Shown here piece by piece: positions 60,006-64,000 of a DNA stretch of 64,000 nt. The position numbers and the translations under genes are program-made. Position 1 is the first letter of the stretch; every line of letters starts with the position of its first letter. The notes beneath the pieces were generated by a model. The model worked only from the letters and a program-made list of their open reading frames with translations, was not told where the DNA came from and searched no databases. This DNA comes from Candidatus Bathyarchaeota archaeon (lineage in GTDB: Archaea > Thermoproteota > Bathyarchaeia > Bathyarchaeales > Bathycorpusculaceae), in the NCBI GenBank assembly GCA_963739305.1, contig CAVTZU010000013.1, forward strand, positions 64,001 to 128,000, in the 5' to 3' direction.

Positions 60006-60509
60006 CTAGGGTGCTTGCCATTGCTCGTTAAAGAAAATCTCGGACTTCGCTTTCCTCGGCCTAGCTGATGGAGTTTCATCGGGTACGCCGATTGGCAGTA
60101 TTGCGACAACTTTCAGTTTTCCCGGAATCTTGAGCAGACGTTTAATTGCGTCTTCGTCGAAAGCGCCTATCCAGCAAGTGCCATAGCCAAGGTTGGTGGC
60201 CGCGAGCACCATGTGCTCAAGGGCTATCATCGTGTCTTTTTCGTGCCATCTTTGCGACGCATCAGGATCAGCTGCAGCTACCACGATAGCGGCCGCATCG
60301 TTCAAGAACGTTTGATTGTTAGCGGCTTGTGCGAGACTCTTTTTTCGGTCCGTTTCCTGAACTATTACAAACCGCCAAGGCTGTCGATTCCCAGCCGAAG
60401 GCGCGAGTCGCGCAGACTCGAGGATTATCTGCAGTTTTTCATCTGGAATTCGGTCTGGTTTGAATTTTCTGACGCTTCGTCGAGCTTTGATGGTTTCTAC
60501 AACGTCCAA
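60006..60509 (-). CDS. Nitroreductase family protein
   Basis: RRSVRKF, APSAGNRQPW, LGYGTCWIG. Confidence 0.95.
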   Translation of the reverse strand: MDVVETIKARRSVRKFKPDRIPDEKLQIILESARLAPSAGNRQPWRFVIVQETDRKKSLAQAANNQTFLNDAAAIVVAAADPDASQRWHEKDTMIALEHMVLAATNLGYGTCWIGAFDEDAIKRLLKIPGKLKVVAILPIGVPDETPSARPRKAKSEIFFNEQWQAP

Positions 60510-60622
60510 TTGAGTTCTCCTCTTTCCGATGCACAGGCACGCAGAGCTTATTACTTTTTCGACTTCTTTCGATCGTTCGTCAAAATCTATATGAAACCCC
60601 TTGGTTGCTGTAGATTGGTGAG

Positions 60623-62911
60623 ATGGCTGGAGTGCGCCTTAAAGTCAGGGTAACGGGCATCGTTCAAGGTGTAGGCTTTCGCCCGTTTGTTTACAGGATC
60701 GCTGTGCAAAACGGGTTGAGCGGTTACGTTAGGAACCGAGGGGACGCAGGCGTAGAAATACTTCTAGAAGGCAGGGAATCGCGCGTCAGAAAATTCCTGA
60801 TCGAATTGAAAACCCAGAAACCGCCTCTCGCGCAGATTCATGAAGTCCTGACTTCGGAACTCGAAGGTGAAGACAAATACCTGAGCTTCAAAGTTGAAAA
60901 GAGCTCTAACGAGGCCAAGCTTTCTGGGTCAATCATTCCCCCAGACATAGCCACATGCAACGAATGCTTGAGAGAGCTTCGAAACCCCGAAGATCCAAGG
61001 TTCGAATACTTCTTCATAACCTGCACGAACTGTGGACCGCGCTTCACGATAATAGAGAAGCTACCGTACGACCGTGAGAACACGACAATGAGAGAATTTC
61101 CAATGTGCGGTTTTTGCGTTCAAGAATACAAAGATCCCTTGAACAGAAGATTTCACGCACAAACCGTAGCGTGCCCCGAGTGCGGCCCAAAAGTTTGGCT
61201 GACCAACGCGAAAGGTAAGACAATCAAACACAAGGACCCGGTCCGAGAGGCCGGAAAGCTTCTTCATGAAGGCAACATCCTTGCAATAAAGGGATACGGC
61301 GGATTTCACGTTGCGGCATCAACGACAAAACATGAACCATTAACAAGGTTGAGAGATGCCAAACACCGAAAACAAAAACCCTTTGCAATAATGGCCAGAA
61401 GCCTCGAGGCCGCGAAGACTTTCGCACACGTCAGCTCCAGAGAAGCAGGCCTCCTCACCTCCTATTCCTGCCCAATCGTGCTGCTCAACAAGAGAAGCGA
61501 CCACTGTCTGTCTGGGCTGCTGGCTCCAGGACTGCATAACATCGGCGTAATGCTTCCTTACACAGGTCTCCATCACATGCTTTTCGACAAAGTCGATGAC
61601 CTTGCTTTCGTAATGACTAGCGGCAACCCGCCAAATCAACCAATAATCAAAGACAACGATGAAGCTTTGAAAACGCTAGCCGACACTGTTGATTACTTCC
61701 TCTTTCATGATCGCCGGATAGCTCACAGATGCGATGACTCCGTTTCCCGCGTCCACGACGAAAAGCAAGTAATCATAAGACGTTCGCGAGGCTACGCTCC
61801 CGCTCCAATAATCTTGAACGAAGAAGCAAGACATTGCTCACTTGCCTTGGGTGGAGAACTGAACAATACCGTTTGTCTGCTCTACAAGAATAAGGCTTTC
61901 ATGTCCCAGCACATCGGCGACGTGGAAAACGTAGAGACCAAGGATTTCTTGGAGAAAGCTGCTAGCCACCTCGTCTGCCTCACAAACAGCCGAGTTGAAA
62001 CCGTCGTGTGCGATCTGCACCCTAAGTTCACGACGACAAATCTCGCGCATGAATTAGCCGAATTGAATGGCTGGGAATTTGTTCAGATCCAGCATCATTA
62101 CGCTCACGTTGCGGCTCTGATGATGGAGCACGACGTGAAAGAGATGATTGGCATATGCTGTGATGGCTACGGATACGGCTTGGATGGTGAGGCATGGGGT
62201 GGCGAAATTCTGTTTTGCAGCAGGAAAGAATCGGGGTTCGAGCGCCTCGCACATCTGCAGAAACAGCCTCTTGTTGGTGGAGACCTAGCGACGCGTTATC
62301 CGCTGAGGGTGGTAGCAGGAATTCTCAACGGCTTTGCTCCTGTTGAAGAATGGCTTTTCGAGAACGAGCAGCATTTCCCTTACGGCGAAAAGGAAATTGA
62401 AACACTCTTGCAACAGTTAAAGAATTCGAAGGGTCTAACTCAAACAACAAGCTGCGGCAGGGTGCTAGATGCAGCTTCAGCCATTCTTGGAATATGTTAC
62501 GAACGAACATACGAGGGAGAACCATCGATGAAGCTGGAGTCAGCAGCGATCAATGGGAAAGACATTTTGAACCTGAACCCGATACTCGATGGCGACACTC
62601 TTGTCACGACTCATATGCTTCGAGAACTGTTTGAAAGACGAAAAGAGTATTCCGTAGAGGACCTGAGTCGATCTGTACACGCGTACTTGGCAAAGGGGTT
62701 GGCTATGCTGGCCCTGGAAAAAGCTGAGGAAACCGACGTTGAAGTTATCGGTTTCACCGGCGGAGTTGCATACAACGAAATTCTGACAGCTAACATGCGA
62801 AGAATCATTGAAGATGCAGGCGTCAAGTTTCTTGTTCACGAAGCAGTACCGCCAGGAGACGCCGGCTTGTCTTTTGGTCAAGCTGCTGCAACCTGCTTCT
62901 TCCCGTCTTGA
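60623..62911 (+). CDS. hypF: Hydrogenase maturation carbamoyltransferase HypF
   Basis: VQGVGFRP, PPDIATC..C, CTNCGPR, HAQTVACPECGP, DLHP, QHHYAH, PPGD.GLS.GQ. Confidence 0.97.
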   Translation: MAGVRLKVRVTGIVQGVGFRPFVYRIAVQNGLSGYVRNRGDAGVEILLEGRESRVRKFLIELKTQKPPLAQIHEVLTSELEGEDKYLSFKVEKSSNEAKLSGSIIPPDIATCNECLRELRNPEDPRFEYFFITCTNCGPRFTIIEKLPYDRENTTMREFPMCGFCVQEYKDPLNRRFHAQTVACPECGPKVWLTNAKGKTIKHKDPVREAGKLLHEGNILAIKGYGGFHVAASTTKHEPLTRLRDAKHRKQKPFAIMARSLEAAKTFAHVSSREAGLLTSYSCPIVLLNKRSDHCLSGLLAPGLHNIGVMLPYTGLHHMLFDKVDDLAFVMTSGNPPNQPIIKDNDEALKTLADTVDYFLFHDRRIAHRCDDSVSRVHDEKQVIIRRSRGYAPAPIILNEEARHCSLALGGELNNTVCLLYKNKAFMSQHIGDVENVETKDFLEKAASHLVCLTNSRVETVVCDLHPKFTTTNLAHELAELNGWEFVQIQHHYAHVAALMMEHDVKEMIGICCDGYGYGLDGEAWGGEILFCSRKESGFERLAHLQKQPLVGGDLATRYPLRVVAGILNGFAPVEEWLFENEQHFPYGEKEIETLLQQLKNSKGLTQTTSCGRVLDAASAILGICYERTYEGEPSMKLESAAINGKDILNLNPILDGDTLVTTHMLRELFERRKEYSVEDLSRSVHAYLAKGLAMLALEKAEETDVEVIGFTGGVAYNEILTANMRRIIEDAGVKFLVHEAVPPGDAGLSFGQAAATCFFPS

Positions 62912-63069
62912 GCATCATTCTCCATGGCCGGATGAAGAGTCGCAAGGCTGATGGAAGTTTAAGTGCTAATGTAGCATAGTTTCACCTTTGAATATCTGTT
63001 TCCAACGTCACTAGCTTTATCAGCGTCCATTTCCAAGCACTTTCAGAGACTTGGAGTCAAGAAAAAAGT

Positions 63070-63306
63070 ATGTGTTTGGCTATACCAGCAAAGGTTGTAA
63101 GCCGGAAAGGGGACAAGGCTCAGGTAGACTTTGGTGAGGGAGTCCTCAGAGAAATCAACGTCACTTTAGTAGATGCAAGAATCGGTGATTACGTTTTGGT
63201 ACACGCAGGCTACGCCATTCAGGTTCTTGACGAGAAGGAAGCTTTGGAAACTCTAAGCTTGTGGAATGAGATTCTTGGGGGAGAAGCCGCAACCCAAAAA
63301 CCGTGA
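63070..63306 (+). CDS. hypC: Hydrogenase maturation chaperone HypC
   Basis: MCLAIP, GDYVLVHAGYAI. Confidence 0.97.
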   Translation: MCLAIPAKVVSRKGDKAQVDFGEGVLREINVTLVDARIGDYVLVHAGYAIQVLDEKEALETLSLWNEILGGEAATQKP

Positions 63307-63322
63307 ACCAAGTTGGAATAAG

Positions 63323-64000
63323 ATGGCTGAAGGACTGAGGCTAAGAGATCCAGACTTAGCGAGGAGAGTCTCCAATAAAATTCATGAAATCGCAGCGGAC
63401 AAGGGCGTTGTCAAAATCTGTCATGTCTGCGGCACGCATGAATGGACAATCACTCATTATGGATTAAGAAGTCTTCTGCCGAAGAACGTGGAAGTCATAG
63501 CTGGGCCTGGCTGTCCAGTATGCATTGTTCCAGCTTCAGAAATAGACGAAGCAGTTCAACTCGCACTGAGAGGAATAGTGATAACGTGTTTCGGAGACCT
63601 TTTCCGCGTTGCGGGTTCCACGAAGTCACTTCTTGATGCCAAGGCTGAAGGTGCAGATGTTCGCGTCGTCTACAGCATCGCCGATGCTGTAGAAATGGCA
63701 AGACTAGAACCGAACAAAGATTTCGTGTTCTTTGCTATAGGGTTCGAAACAACTTCACCTTCTACAGCGGTGGAGATTGCTGCAAAACCGCCTGAAAACA
63801 TCAGTTTCTTGGTTTCTCACCGTACTATTCCGCCTGCCATGAAGCTACTTGTAGAGATGAAGGATTTGGAGTTGAGCGGCTTCATCGCGCCTGGTCATGT
63901 CAGTACGATCATCGGTTTGAAACCATATGAAATCTTGGCGGAAAGATATAGAATGCCCGTTGTAGTGGCAGGGTTTGAGCCTCTAGACCTTATGTTCGGC
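63323..64000 (+). CDS. hypD: Hydrogenase formation protein HypD (partial, runs off the window end)
   Basis: Manual translation: HVCGTHE, GPGCPVC, GFETT, PGHVS; follows hypC. Confidence 0.95.
   Translation, partial: MAEGLRLRDPDLARRVSNKIHEIAADKGVVKICHVCGTHEWTITHYGLRSLLPKNVEVIAGPGCPVCIVPASEIDEAVQLALRGIVITCFGDLFRVAGSTKSLLDAKAEGADVRVVYSIADAVEMARLEPNKDFVFFAIGFETTSPSTAVEIAAKPPENISFLVSHRTIPPAMKLLVEMKDLELSGFIAPGHVSTIIGLKPYEILAERYRMPVVVAGFEPLDLMFG

Noticed and set aside
1016-64000. attR direct repeat of the tRNA-Val 3' end, or an intact integrase/transposase
   Set aside because: None seen by eye, so no complete provirus or IS is called.

Overview
Archaeal chromosomal window, most likely Bathyarchaeia. 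Evidence for this: thermosome, Alba, eL38, tetraether synthase Tes, HdrA/HdrD/MvhD/NfnAB, a cohesin-dockerin protein and frequent TTG/GTG starts. The first ~29 kb is accessory-like. It starts at tRNA-Val(GAC) with a decayed integrative-element region: a CcdA/Int(N)-like ORF running antisense into the tRNA, an orphan integrase C-terminal tail, and many tiny Zn-ribbon/HTH/RHH genes. It continues with hsp20, thermosome, a GT4 glycosyltransferase, Alba, a radical SAM protein, an S53 peptidase, a 7TM histidine kinase, RNase HI and a STAND-TPR ATPase. The best candidate for a new system is at 24.9-29.4 kb. There, a 106-aa gene has a 39-aa leader followed by 16 tandem A-R-T-(S/N/M) tetrapeptides written in scrambled synonymous codons, then an RNA hairpin and a 942-aa PqqD/RRE-M50 metallopeptidase fusion with a large unknown domain, flanked by AbrB and wHTH regulators. 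This is a RiPP-like precursor/processing pair. A palindromic TAGCGCGCGCTA-type motif recurs at gene junctions in the first 13 kb, and a ~90-bp element occurs twice. The remaining ~35 kb is core metabolism: dapA-like, rpl38e, NfnAB with a double-MvhD polyferredoxin, trxB, HdrD, an HdrA fused to a cysteine-less MvhD, a full ETF/beta-oxidation operon, acyl-CoA ligase, tes, nucleoside salvage and hypFCD. Three core genes carry single-base frameshifts that may be sequencing errors. All calls come from reading motifs by eye; no database searches were run.
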